From Yuukianura sp. NJ FZ-2021 (taxonomy: Eukaryota): a stretch of DNA of 64,000 bases. The first letter of the stretch is position 1. The number at the start of each line of letters is the position of its first letter. The notes beneath the pieces were generated by a model that ran no database searches, was not told the origin of the DNA, and saw nothing but the letters and a program-made list of their open reading frames with translations. The stretch is from contig CM102285.1 of assembly GCA_046563655.1 (NCBI GenBank), positions 1,736,001-1,800,000 on the forward strand, written 5' to 3'. Shown here one piece after another: positions 1-12,800 of the stretch. Made by a program: the position numbers and the translations under genes.

Positions 1-221
1 AACCAAATGAGAATATTGAATGCTGTGTGGAGTCCGGAAGATGAGTATGTCTGACTTTGCGGAGGCAAAATTTTGTGTAACTTTTTTGAAAACAAGGGTA
101 CGAATTTTGCTAGAATTTGTCTGTAGAGTAGAACGGGCAAAGTTAGGAAAATAAAAAGAAGAAATCCAACTCCGAGAGCAAATTTTGCTACTATTTTGAC
201 TACTGATTTGATGAAATCCAT
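1..221 (-). CDS. 5' end of a second WS/DGAT-like O-acyltransferase paralog (runs off the window edge)
   Basis: ATG at 221 reads MDFIKSVVKIVAKFALGVGFLLFIFLTLPVLLYRQILAKFVPLFSKKLHKILPPQSQTY..., nearly identical to the N-terminus of the 3093 gene. DNA 1-221 aligns to 2873-3093. Confidence 0.85.
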   Translation of the reverse strand, partial: MDFIKSVVKIVAKFALGVGFLLFIFLTLPVLLYRQILAKFVPLFSKKLHKILPPQSQTYSSSGLHTAFNILIW

Positions 222-1103
222 TGCAAAGTTAATTCGTGTTCTTATAGCTCTAAACTGCCTCTTGTCTGACTTGGATACAGCCCGTTGTGTACTTTTTACA
301 TCCACTTTCTAATTTCCTACTGCTAGGATACTTGTAAGACTACTTCTGTACTTGTACTTAATTTAGTAGTGTTTGTATGCAAGTAACTCAACCGGATTGG
401 TTGCGTCCTAAACGATATTTTGCTCAGTCTCAATACTAATGCTAAGGTTCTCAGTCCAACTACTGAGGTTTGCCTCTTTTTTTTTTTTGTAAAAGTGAAA
501 ACGAGAATTTGACTTTGACGTTTGTAGCGTTCCTAATTTATTCAAAACCGTCAAAAATAGTAAAATTTTCTAGATTAACGTTATGAAAACTTCTGATTGT
601 GCGAGATGGCAATATTTTTTTGGTTTCGGCTTTAATCAGGTACGATAACGAAATGAAGTTTTTCTGGACATGGCACATGGCAAAAAGCGAAAAAGAAATT
701 AATTTTTTCGAAAATTTTGACCAAAAAACTTAGAAAAAGTTTCACTGGCCCAGAAACGGAAATCTAACCACAAAGTTAGGTTACAAAACCTAAAATTTTC
801 TGGTTAGATTATATTATACCTAATAGATTTTTTAGATTATGCCTAACCTAATCTGGTAACATTGTTTTTTTGAAGAGCCGTTGAATTTCAGAGGTAGGAC
901 GGCCTCACTCGAGCGTTTTCAGCCCCTCACTTGGTTTTCGTTTTTCTTTACTTTATGCGGAGGTTAGAACAAATAAGCAATTTTTAAACTACGTTTTAAA
1001 CTAAAGTTTTGTTTGCGTTGTATGCTGATCTTTTTGTTTTTCTTCAAACCCGTCGTGACCATGACGACGCAGTTGGATTGACGTGACCTGCTCACTGGTA
1101 GTG
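1..1103. repeat. Copy A of a ~2.86 kb tandem duplication (matches 2873-~3957)
   Basis: Colinear similarity seen directly: acyltransferase 5' CDS, upstream region (e.g. ttaatcaggtacgataacgaa, gagccgttgaatttcagaggtaggacggc, gagcgttttcagcccctcactt) and the last ~34 codons of the NHE gene (1001-1103 vs 3855-3957). Confidence 0.9.
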
Positions 1104-1192
1104 CATGTTATCATAATTACGGGTAGATTATTGTAATTACTATACTTAATACTATACTATACTAAACCTGTACTTAATTATGTTAAACCTTC

Positions 1193-3093
1193 CTATGGAA
1201 CCAGTTCGTATTCAACGCCCGTTGAGCGGATAGTCTCGTCGAGCTCAGCTGCAATATAGTCAACAAATTCTATTGCACTTTCTTCCGTCGGACAAATTTT
1301 GCCATCTACTCCAATGCAGTAACGAAATGTTCCATTGTAAGATGCAATAGTCGCCGTCAGCCCTGTACAGATATACATTTCGTTATATCAAACCTTGCAA
1401 AGACGATATAAATAAGTATCGTCAGATTAATTATAGTGAATTCCCGTGCAAAATATTGTCGACCTTGGAAATTAATAATACTAGAGATCACTTTGAGATG
1501 AATCCGAAAACTGATTTTTAGTCAGGAGGTCAGCAGTTACTAATTATTAAAGAAAACCGCTTAGAAATCAGAGTAGTGGTTATTGAGTTATAAGCGTTAC
1601 AGACGGACGGACGGACAGACACGGACGGATGGACAGACGGGCAATACAATCCCTATCTGACGATACTAAATAATTATACATGCTGAGCAATATATTTGAT
1701 ATGTACTAGTTATTCACACGATATTTACAGATAACTAGGCTATTATCGATATTTTCTGTTTACCATAAGAACAACCGTTGATAGCATACTCCATGTCCTT
1801 CACCACATTTCCACCAATGGAAAATGCCTTTGTAGGTCCAGGAAACGCGCTAGCGACCACCGTATTAAGTCGGACAACCGGAAACATCCACCGCATTGGC
1901 AATGAACCAATGAATGCAGCCAACAGGAATCTAACTGCAGCCGATTTCGTTCGGCGCTCTGCATTTGCGTAGCGTTCAAGCAATGCCAATCTTTCATGGG
2001 CACTGGCAGCTCCGACTGGCAACGGTATGTCAAGGGTGTACCTTACAAATAAACAAGTCAGTTAAAATTACTAGTACTACTCTTCCAAAAAATTAAAATA
2101 TCTCCGTTTCTTTGTATACACTTTATTTGTAAGTTTCTGGGGGTGATTTGGCGAAAAAACTGCAGTGATACATCCCATTTCCTGTGGAATCGACTTCCCT
2201 TCGTTTTGAAGTTTTCTTCGTATTGCCCCTGTGAGCAGCCCAATCATCACGATGGACACGGACACGTTGAGTTTTGAACTCAACTGTTTGACTTGACCCA
2301 GGTCAAATGACCTTGACATTGGAAAGTATCTTACTCCGGTAAGATTGGAAGAATCAAAAATCATTGGAGTGGAATCCATTGAATTAAAAATGAGATTGAA
2401 GTAAGAGGAGATGAAATATAAGATGCGTCGGAAAAAATCCAAACACGATGTTCGCTGTTGTCGAAATTGAATTCGTTGCGGCTCGGAGTCCGCTACACGC
2501 ATCAAAACACCAAAAATTGCTTCGCCATCACACAAACTGTGGTGGAATTTGAAACAAATGAAGTGACAATCAGAGTTATCTCCGAATTCCAAAAATGTCG
2601 CTTCCCACGGACTGGATTTTTCTGGAAAAGGAGTCTGGAGCATGCGCTCGAACTGCGCATGCGCGTCAGCCTCTTGGTCCAAAGTGACGTGATGGATGTG
2701 TTTGTCCATGTCGAATGACTCCTCCCACTTCCAGAAGGCGTATCCACCAAACATAGTTGGATACTGCTGGAATTCGGGATAAACGAACTCACCCGAATCA
2801 TTCCGAACGAAAATGCACTTCGTTCGGAATCGTTCTTTTAGTAAATCACTGTTCAGTTTTCCTGAAACTTTGAACCAAATGAGAATATTTAGTGCTTTGT
2901 GGGGTCGGCAAGATAAGTATGTTTGACTCTGCGGAGGCAAAATTTTGTGTAACTTTTTTGAAAACAAGGGTACAAATTTTGCTAGAATTTGTCTGTAGAG
3001 TAGAACGGGCAAAGCTAGAAAAATGAATAGAAGAAATGCAACACCGAGAAGAAATTTTGCTACTAGTTTGACTATTGATTTGATGAAATCCAT
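1193..3093 (-). CDS. WS/DGAT-like (wax ester synthase/diacylglycerol O-acyltransferase family) protein, 3 exons
   Basis: Exons ~3093-2120, 2041-1764 and 1362-1193 join in frame at GT-AG sites. Features: N-terminal hydrophobic segment, catalytic motif KFHHSLCDG (HHxxxDG), PW motif (SSPWE), C-terminal 'SAFPGP...TIASYNG...IGVD' typical of the WS/DGAT C-terminal domain. Confidence 0.8.
1415..1667. mobile_element. Short non-autonomous element (DINE-1/Helentron-like or MITE) in acyltransferase intron 2
   Basis: 13-bp inverted repeat agtatcgtcagat (1415-1427) / atctgacgatact (1655-1667) enclosing a GGAC/AGAC microsatellite (~1598-1640). The same microsatellite recurs at ~19775-19801. Confidence 0.5.
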
Positions 3094-3854
3094 TGCAAGT
3101 TAATTAGTAGTGTTCTTATAGCTCTAAAATTGCCTCTTGTCTGGTAGTATTACTTGTAAGACTACTTTTGTAACTTGTACTTAATTTTTTGTTTTTTGTA
3201 AGAAGATAACTCAACCGGATTGAACCGGATTGGTTGCGTCATAACCGATGTTTTGCTCAATCTCACTACTAATGATAGGTTCGCAGTCCAAGTGCTAAAG
3301 TTTGTCAAAGTAAAGCAAAGTTTTTTTCTGGACATTGATGGTGGTTTTAACTTACTCAAAAGCGTCAAAAATAGTAAAATTTTTGTGATTTAAGTTATGA
3401 AAAATTCTGATTGTGCGAGATGGTAATATTTTTTTGGTTTTGGTTTTAATCAGGTACGATAACGAAAGGAAGCTTTTCAGGACATGGCACTTGCAAATTG
3501 TATTTTTCACTTGCATTGTACGGATATGCGTAATAGAATAATTTAAGGATTTAAATCTCTGACAGCACCTTAAATTTTCGAGGTTATTTTAAGAAATCTA
3601 AAATTTTCAGATTTAGGTTACAAAACCTAAAATTTTCACAGTTAGGTTCCAAAACCTAACATTTTTTGGTTAGATTATACTTAGCCTAATCTGGTAACAT
3701 TGTTTTTTGGAGAGCCGTTGAATTTCAGAGGTAGGACGGCATCGCTCGAGCGTTTTCAGCCCCTCACTTCGTTTTCGCTTGGTCATCATCCTCACTATAT
3801 GCGGAGGTTAGAAGTGTTAGAACAAATATGCTATAAGTTTAAACTACTTTTAAA

Positions 3855-6800
3855 CTAAAGTTTTGTTTGCGTTGTATGCTGATCTTCTTGTTTTTCTTCA
3901 GACCCGTGACCCTGACGACGCAGTTGGATTGACGTGACCTGCTCATTCGTAGTGGAAGCATTTGATGACTTCTTGCTCTCAATGTCCATCAGATCATGGT
4001 CCGTTTCTTCAGTCACTTCCTCTGGAATGGATACTCCAAACTGAGAGCCCCTTCTGGACAGGGCGGATGGACTCGTGGGCTGGTTGCCACCGTGGCTGTA
4101 GCCAACTGACATGTCGCCACTTTCAAAACTTCCGCCACCGGATGAGCCAATGGAATGTCTTGGTGACTGAAGGCGACCAGCAGCCTCCTGTCCAATCTGA
4201 CTCTGCACAGAGCCTCGTCTAGAACCAGCACCAGACGACGTCACGCTGTCTCGCTTATTGAAGAGACCAATCACAGTCGGCATTCGATCGTTACGATCAA
4301 GTCCACCTTTGAATGCAATAAAAAAAAATCATCAGTCACCTTCCGGATTTTTGGTACGTTGACTTTCTTTAACTAAATTAAGGTATTTTGCTATGCTAAG
4401 TAAATCATAATCAGGGTTGTCAAAAATATGTCCTAAAAAACTCCCAAAATATTGATAAAAATATATTTTTTTAAATCCCCCGAATATTTACTTATAATCC
4501 CAATTACGGGCGTAGGCAAATAAATGTTTGGTAAACAAAGACCCGGAAATATTTTGTTATTAACATTACGGGCATGGAGACTAAATATTTTTGACATCTC
4601 TGATTATAACCTAACTAATCCTAACGTTTTATAAAACTTTACCTAGGAATGTATTGGATGGAGAGTTGTAGGCGACGTAGTCTTTGTTGGACGACCACGC
4701 CGGAAACTCCTCTTGCCGAACACCACAGTTTCCATCTTCTTCGTCCCGTTTCCATGGCAACGTCGACTCTACCGGAGTCGTGGCTACTGTAAAGTTAAGC
4801 AAATGGACACATTTAGCACAAAATTAATACAAACGCTGAAATACTGCAAGTATTCTGTAACTAAGCAATACAATCCAAAACTTTCTGGGGTGCTTACAAT
4901 CTTCTTTTGGCGAACTTTTTCTGGATGATGAAGAAACCCCTAAAGATGGAAATAAAAAAAAGTTAATGGCAATTCGTATTTGAAAATCAAAAATTAACAT
5001 AAGTTTGAAAATGTAGGTGGAATAGTGTTATTAAATTTTGATTTTTTAGCATTAAATCAAGCTAATTTTTGAAGGCCTTTGTTAATTAATTTTTTGAATT
5101 ATTGTTTTAGTTTACAGCACAAAGGACATGAACGACAACACTTTTTGGTTACATGAAACTGTTAAGAAGTTACAAAATTCAAGGAAGCTTGGTTACAGTT
5201 TGGACGCCGCGAAATTATGAAATTTTTATCGTCAGTCGGTAAGTTCGTTAGTTTAGAATTTATTGAAAGTCTTTTTCTACAGTCCTTTTTAACTTTGAAA
5301 TAGTCAATTGTTGTGACAGTCCATCTGATTCAGAAGGAGTTTGCATGGTGAGTGTCATGTCGAATGAAGTTGGATTGTCGAAGTCAGTGAGTGACGGTGA
5401 CATTGAACTCATTCTTGTGTCTGTTGAGGGTCAGCCCACCTTGTTATGTCAGTTCCTAGAAGAGGTATGGTCATCGTCTGACATTGGTCATTGTCCCTGG
5501 TAACAGATGAACAATCTCAATTTCATTAACAACCTATTAATTTAGTTTCCGTTTTGTACTTTATAGTTCAAACAACACCGCTACCAGTACTATGCGTAGT
5601 AAATGGACAACAATGGACAATACTAAAAAGTTTGGTCAACATTGTTGACACCAACAATGGGTTACCCCAAAGGCCGAATTTGCTCTGGTCTCATGCAATG
5701 TCAACTGGGAAGTATCAAAAACTTTTGTCAAAGTTTGAAGTCTTAGAATCAATGTCAGGAGCATGCGCAGAGTGAAGTACTTTTCAATGTATATGCAGAA
5801 GATGCGCAGAATCGTTCCCAAGCTGCAGACGCAGAAAATTGTCCAAGCCCAGAAGACCCACCAGCAGTCAAGAATGTTAGTTGAGGTTTTTTGTAGCTGA
5901 AATTACGGAATCGACTCCGTTCGGCCGGGAGCGGCAACCGTTGAGACGGTGTCGTCACGGTGGAATTGGCCAAGTACTTGATTGCAGCCGAATCTCGTCG
6001 CCATGGTAACGAAATTTCAGTTACAGTTGGTGTGTCATCATAGTCCGAACTCCGACTGACCTGAGAGTAGCGTCTTCCGAAGTGTTTTTCTATTGGTTGA
6101 GACGGATGTGGAAAGGACTGTTCCATGAAGGACTTTTCGTTGCAAAATACACTAGCGTCGGACCAACGCCGTTCGTTGCAGTCCAACTGAAACTCATTTG
6201 CGCCTACTACATATAATATATAATAATATATGTAATAATATAATATCTAATAGAGAGGGCACAAGGTCAAAGGTCAATTTGTCATGACCCCCCCCCTCCT
6301 ACCCTCCTATCCTCTACTCCTGGGCAAAATGGCGCGAAAAAAGAACAACAAATTTTTGAATTCACAGGGTTAGGCTACATAAACTTACAAAAAAAATTTA
6401 GTAGTTAAAAAAATCTACAAATTTGAAATTGCAACACGCTCAAGGAGTGACAAAGCACGACCGTCATGGACAAACGTTTGGTAGGATTCAACATCCACCA
6501 TTTTCGAAATTTGGGGAAAAATTTTTTTCAAAATTTTGAAAAAAAAAACTTACGTGGACCGGCAATGAAGTAAATTCCTCCGTCATCATTATTACGCCGA
6601 CCTCCGGCTGCTCTTTGAAAGCGTTCATCGACCAAATTGAAAGATGGATTATCTGGAAGTAGGTTAATTAAGTTGTACATTTGAAAAAGACGTGAAAATT
6701 TGAGAAAAGTTTCGTAAAACATGCAATTTGGTTTTGCACATTTCCGGTTACAAAAAGCTTTTTCTTAACCTATGACCTCACGGCATACTTAAAGTTAGAT

Positions 6801-9800
6801 TAAGTTTTTAGTTTTTTGCAATTTTTTTGCTTACCTTTCCCATCATCATTATTATCAAACGTAACATGTCCGTTGTCTCGACCAGGATCCTATTCGTGCA
6901 ATTTACAATTAGCAATTTTTTTTTTCAAAATTTCTCAACTTTTTATAAAAATTTTCCACAATTTCATTTTCTCCCATTGTTTTTGTGCCTATGTCTGCAT
7001 CCACTTTCCTTTTGTTTTCCCAAAAGCTAGTTTTTAGCCTTCTATAATTAATACCTCACATGCGCTCAAGGCGTTAATTAGTTATGCACAGACTATACAT
7101 GCTTGAGCATAACAAAAACAAGTTAATCAAGAAATGTCCAGATTCCAGTAGTTTTAGTCACTGGCGCGAAACGTGCGAAATTTCAAATTTCGAAAGTGTC
7201 AAACCCCGAGGACATTATTTTAAAGTTAAAACTAAATTGGGATCATCCATTTGGCCTCAAAAGTCAACCAGCCGAGACCAAATTAATTTTTGATTCAACA
7301 TGCCCATGATTTGCATTTTGGACTTCTGAGCATGCGTTGTTAAATTTTTCACGGTTTAATGAAAACTGCTTAAGGCGCATGTCCAGGTTAAAACGCAGTG
7401 CAAAAGGCGTTGTCATTCCATTGTGCTACATTATGAAATTTGTTACAGAATTTTTCCAAAGTTTAAAAAAAAGTTAGACTAAACTGGAAATTTTTTGAAA
7501 CTGGTTTGGCTTGCTTTTGGTTAGAAGCTGAACATGAGCGTACGTCACAAACCGCTTCTGCGCAAGGACCTTCAAATGATAAAAAGTTAACAATTGCTAA
7601 CTTTTCGTTGTTTCTGGAAATATGTTGCGGTTTACAAGGTTTTTAAAACCTTGATTCTGCTGTGCAAAAAAGTGCGACAACATTTTTTTTTTAAAGTTAG
7701 ACACTCAAAAACTGGAAATTTCTTGAAACTGGTTTACTTATATTTGGAAAGCTGGGAATGGCCTGTTTTAAGAGTTTCTGCACATGTGAAAAGTTTTCAT
7801 AAAATTTTGATTTTAGGTCAAAGGTCAAAGCTCACTCACCCGTCCAGGTCTGCCTGGTCGTCTCCTAGTAACCATTTTCTTGGGCTGGATGGGCTGTCTG
7901 TAGCTGGCCATAGAAGACTCACCCAAATCAGTTTCATCAACAGCATGGCGACTGTAGCTCAGACGACGTTGCTACACAAAGGAATTAGAGCAAATGAGAT
8001 CAAAATCTGAAATGTTTCTTTTTGTTCTCTTAGGTTAAGGTAATGTTAGGCTAAGGTTAGGCTTTGTCTGGGTTAATTGACTAGAAAATTAGAAAAGTAG
8101 AACATCAAATGCGTTTTTGTCTTACACGACGCGATGGCTTGTAAAGTTCTTCTGCCAGAAGATGATGAATCTTGGCATCCGACATGTCTTTCTTGGTCAA
8201 ACTGTACTCAAGTTCCTGGAGATCCAAATTCCAAGAATCCTGAGTCTGCTGAAATCCGCCGGAACTAGTTTTAAAAAAATCAAATTTCAAAATTTTGAAA
8301 AAGTTAAACGATAATCTGCGGAGTTAAGGCCATGTCACACTCACCTTCCAGCCAAATTGTTTCCACTTTCAAATTGGTTGTTCCTGAGGAGAGTGGCCAT
8401 GGAGTCCTGTGACGTCATCTTGTTAAGCCCAGTGCCCACACTGCCGTTTTGTGCAGCCTTTTGCATGAGGTCAATGGCATCCTTCATGGTCAACTTGGAA
8501 TAGGTCTCCAAAATCTTAGGCTCCGCCCCCTTCATGTGGTCACGTACTAAGCATGGCCGAATGTATGTGTTGTCAATGTGTTTAATCCTAAAAATAGATA
8601 TTAAAATTAATCATATGCAACAATTTAATTACAGTAGTTGCAAGTTTTCGAGGTTACCACAAGTGCAGTTAGCTGTAAACCTCCGTAATTATTTTTTAGA
8701 AACTGGGTGTATACTAGGCTTAAGTCAATTAAAATGTCATTGTCGAGAAGGTGTGTAATCCATCAAAATCGTGGGTGTGTATTTTTGACACGTTTATTAT
8801 TTTTTTAGCGTTTTGCAAGTCAGCTGGGTGTGTATACTTACACACGTTTTTTAAAGTTTCGCAAATCAGCTGTGTATATGCCAGGCTTATGTTGAGTGTT
8901 TTTAGTGATCAATTTAGTTTGAACTGCGCTTAAAAAATACAAATTCTCGAAATCTGAAGAGAAATTTAATTCTAATGTTGCAAATTTAAGTTCTTTTGAA
9001 TTTATAGAACTTATAGATGAGAACCAGGCTTAAGTCGTAAATTTTTTTTCTCACTTCGGTATTAAACCAAACCTGTGTAACATTATGAAATCAAAGTTTT
9101 CTTGTTTTATTCACAGCATGCGAGGGTATGTATTGACCTTAAGACCTGCAAACATATTTAGAAACTTAAGGTGTGTAGATGGCTTAACACTTTTAATAGC
9201 CAAAAGCCGCCATTTTTTGGGGTCAAGGGTAAAACTCCTATGTAAAACTATGTAAAACTTGTTGCAAATCAATTACTAATTGTTAATTGATTTGCAACGG
9301 TGGTGGTAATCATTGAGAGGCTACCATGGAAGGTGAACACCTCCCAATCATCCTCCACAATAATAGTTTTATCTTTCGCTACTAACTAGAAGTGGATTTT
9401 AATCAAACAATACGAAGAGGTAATACACAAAACACTATCTCCATTGTTCTTAGTACTGAAGTACTCTTAGTAGATAGGAATTGGATGTTTTATCATTACG
9501 GGAAGTGTCACCTACACTAACTAACTTTTGCGTGTTTGTGTCATAATAACCTTAACATGATTGATTGAAAATTAATTGCAATAGTTAAATCGAACAATTA
9601 AAACTTACTTGGCGCGCAGATTGTAGTGACCGTAGGTTCCCAGGATGCTTTGCATGGCACTCATTGTATGGTCAAACAACTAAAAAATGAGACAAAAATA
9701 TACTAAAAATAACTTCAAAATAAAAAAAAACTTCAATTTTTTTGTGACTCAGTGTTTGGCGGAAACGGAAATGACTTATCTCGTCGGATGTGATTAACTA

Positions 9801-12800
9801 GTGACATTTCAATTGTTAAATTTAACAACTTTCAGATTCGCATTGTCAAATTTTTTTAATTTCATAACTTTGCAAACTTACGCGTTCGTGGATACGTTCA
9901 CTCATGGTAGGTTTGCGTTTTTCTGCGCGTGCAACTTTGAGCCACTTCACCAACGGCTTGATTGTCATTCCCTGCAAAGGCAAAATCGCCAATATAATAA
10001 CATATAATCTAATATTTATAATATCATATTATAAATGTGCTGTTTTTGGCGGGAATTAGTAGTTACCTGAACGAATACTGTGAAGAACACAACGCAGATT
10101 GTGGTGGTGATGAACATGTTGCGTACGTCATCCGGTATCATTGAATTGTGTTCTGGAATGAGCAGCGCAAGCGCAAAGGCCACCGCCCCACGCAACCCAC
10201 CGTAACACATCACAAATTGATCCACCGCTCCGAGGTGGTTCAGTCTAAAGTGATTCGCCAGTGCAGTGAGGATGACCACGCCTAAACAAGGTCAAAGGTC
10301 AATTTTAGGTGTTCGAATTCCAAAATACCGGTCTCTACAGAAGTAGTTCTTGAGTTTGGAAATGACCGCCAAGGAAACTTTAGTAGTTCCCTTGGTGTTC
10401 TTTTTAAAACTCGTCAACTACTTCTGTGCAGAACGATAGATTAATCCGAGGCACGTTATAATCTGTGCAAGCTAAACCAAGTTTAGGTAGGATTGGTCGA
10501 AACCATGGTTGATAAACAAAGAAAATACTTTTTCTTTAAAAGGTTAGTCAATAACTCGAGTTTTAAGTTTTTTGTGGAAAATGTTCAAAACTGAGTTCAC
10601 CCAGTTTCAATCGCCGTTGATGTCGTAAATGTAATTTAAAAAATTTACAGAGATGGCTTTTGAATTGACAAATTCAAAGTAGACTAGGGGTAAAAGGTAG
10701 AAAAAAAACTAAAAAGGTAGAAAGAATGTAGAAAATTTGTTTGACTCAAGACTTTTTAAAAACTCGAGTTATTGCCTAACCTGTCAAAGAGAAACTAACT
10801 TGTTGTCAAGACACCTTGGGTCGAAACGTAGTGTAAATTTGGTCAAATTTTGTAGAGTGGTGCTTATTAGTTGAAGTTTTTATGCTGGCAAGTAAGTCAG
10901 GAGATGTGAAAGGTCAAATTTACCTATAGATCTATGAAGTGTGCAGAATACGATGGTGAAGAAGATGAACCAGAAGTTCCACTCGTGATTGTCATTGATA
11001 GTACTCACACCTAGGAACATAAAGATGATCGTCTCTGACGAACTGCTCAGCATCTTCATGGCGTACTTGACAGTAGTGTGTGATTTTTGGGAAATGTTGG
11101 CTTCAACATAGTTTTTCATTGTAATTCCACAGAAAGTAATGCTGGATATCATAACAAACTTAAATTTTGGCACTGGATTATTTTTTGAAAATATTTTTTG
11201 CCAACTTACGCCAAAATGCCTGACATGTGGAATGTTTCTGCAGTGAGGTAGGAGAGGTAGGCCATCACAAAGACGAAGATTGGTTCAATCACTCTCGTGT
11301 GATTTGTGAAACGTGTGACAAAGCCGGTTAAAAAGCCCCAAATGATTCCAATGGCCGTCCCACCGAGAGCCACCACTGGAAACGAAACAATGCCTTTTCC
11401 CACTTCCGCGTAAGTCACGTTCTCTTCACCCATTAACACAAAGTTCTCAAAAGTGTGATACAAAACCTGAAAAAATTGAAAAATTCCAATTTTGTATAAT
11501 TAAAAAAACGATGCAAAGAAAACAGGAAATTTTTCTGGAGAGAAAATGTTTTGAAACTTTTTTTTGCCAGCTAAAGTGGATTGCCGTTCTTATTTTTTGT
11601 GAGAACAATTGACTAAAGAGCGGCAGGTTTCTGAAATTTCGAAATTTATTTCGAATGTTTCCCTTTTTCAATTGATTTTTTTGTCTAAAAATTTTTGAAA
11701 ACATGAATAGAATACTATGCTATAGAACCCCTGGCATATTTTTTCCATTTCAATTTTTTATCGGCTGAAATTTCTACCGCAGTGGCCGAAATTGGAATTT
11801 TGTTGACTAAATCGGAAGTTTTATTCCATGTATTTTTTCTATCAAAATTTTTGTGACAATTTAATACTTTTTCCTGTCTAGTTTTTCATTTTTTGGAAAA
11901 GGAACTGAAGAAAACCACAAGAAAATTGGACTTTACACGCACAGAAAAAACGGAGCAATGAAGTTGTAATTCTGGAACCTTATAATTCCATTGTTTCATT
12001 CACGTTCATCACAATTTTGCTGTTTGGACTTTTGCCAAAAAACGTTTTCGCTATTTTTTGCAAATTATATACCGTGCTACTTTTTTCTTGAAGAACTTAC
12101 GTAAAACATATTTTTTAGTTACGTATTTTTGGTCGATCTAGTTGATGTTCTCAAGTGATAACTTTAATAATGAAAAAGCCCTTCTAGCACTCCTATGCTT
12201 CTACTTCTAGAATGCAGCGAAAGTAGTTACGAATTGTAAGAAATTGTGGTAGTGGTCTACATAGGTACTTCCGCCACTGAAGGCTAGATTTTAGATTCTG
12301 ATATTCTCCAGAACTATTTCTCCACTATTCTGTCGTTTAATAAAATTCTGTGCTAAGGTACACGCGATTTGGACATAAATCCACCCATAAATACCCTTGA
12401 AAAATATGTTGAAATTGTTTACCTACCTACCTTTCTACGCCAACCTAACTTATTTTAGACTAACTTCGTATAACCTAAGCAGCAGGACTGCGTAATCCAG
12501 CTTTACTAACTTCCTAGTATGTCCGATTATTTACTTAGGTATGGCGTAGGTGAAATTTACCAAACTTAATCAACTAATCTTAATCAGTCTAAGTGAAAAA
12601 TAAGCGTCCGTTGTAGAATACCTTCCTATTAGGCTAGATTAGGTTAGGCATATTAGGTTAAGATTAGGTTGCGGACTTACCACAGTGACGGCGTCATTGA
12701 GAAGCGACTCTCCAAAGACTACGATATACAGAATTTCATTGACGTGAATTTCTTCAAAAACGGCAAGAACTGCTACTGGATCCACAGCAGAAATCAAGGC

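Noticed and set aside
8030-8062. TTAGG-like repeats suggesting interstitial telomere
   Set aside because: Only a few degenerate units, with similar scattered words elsewhere. Not an array.
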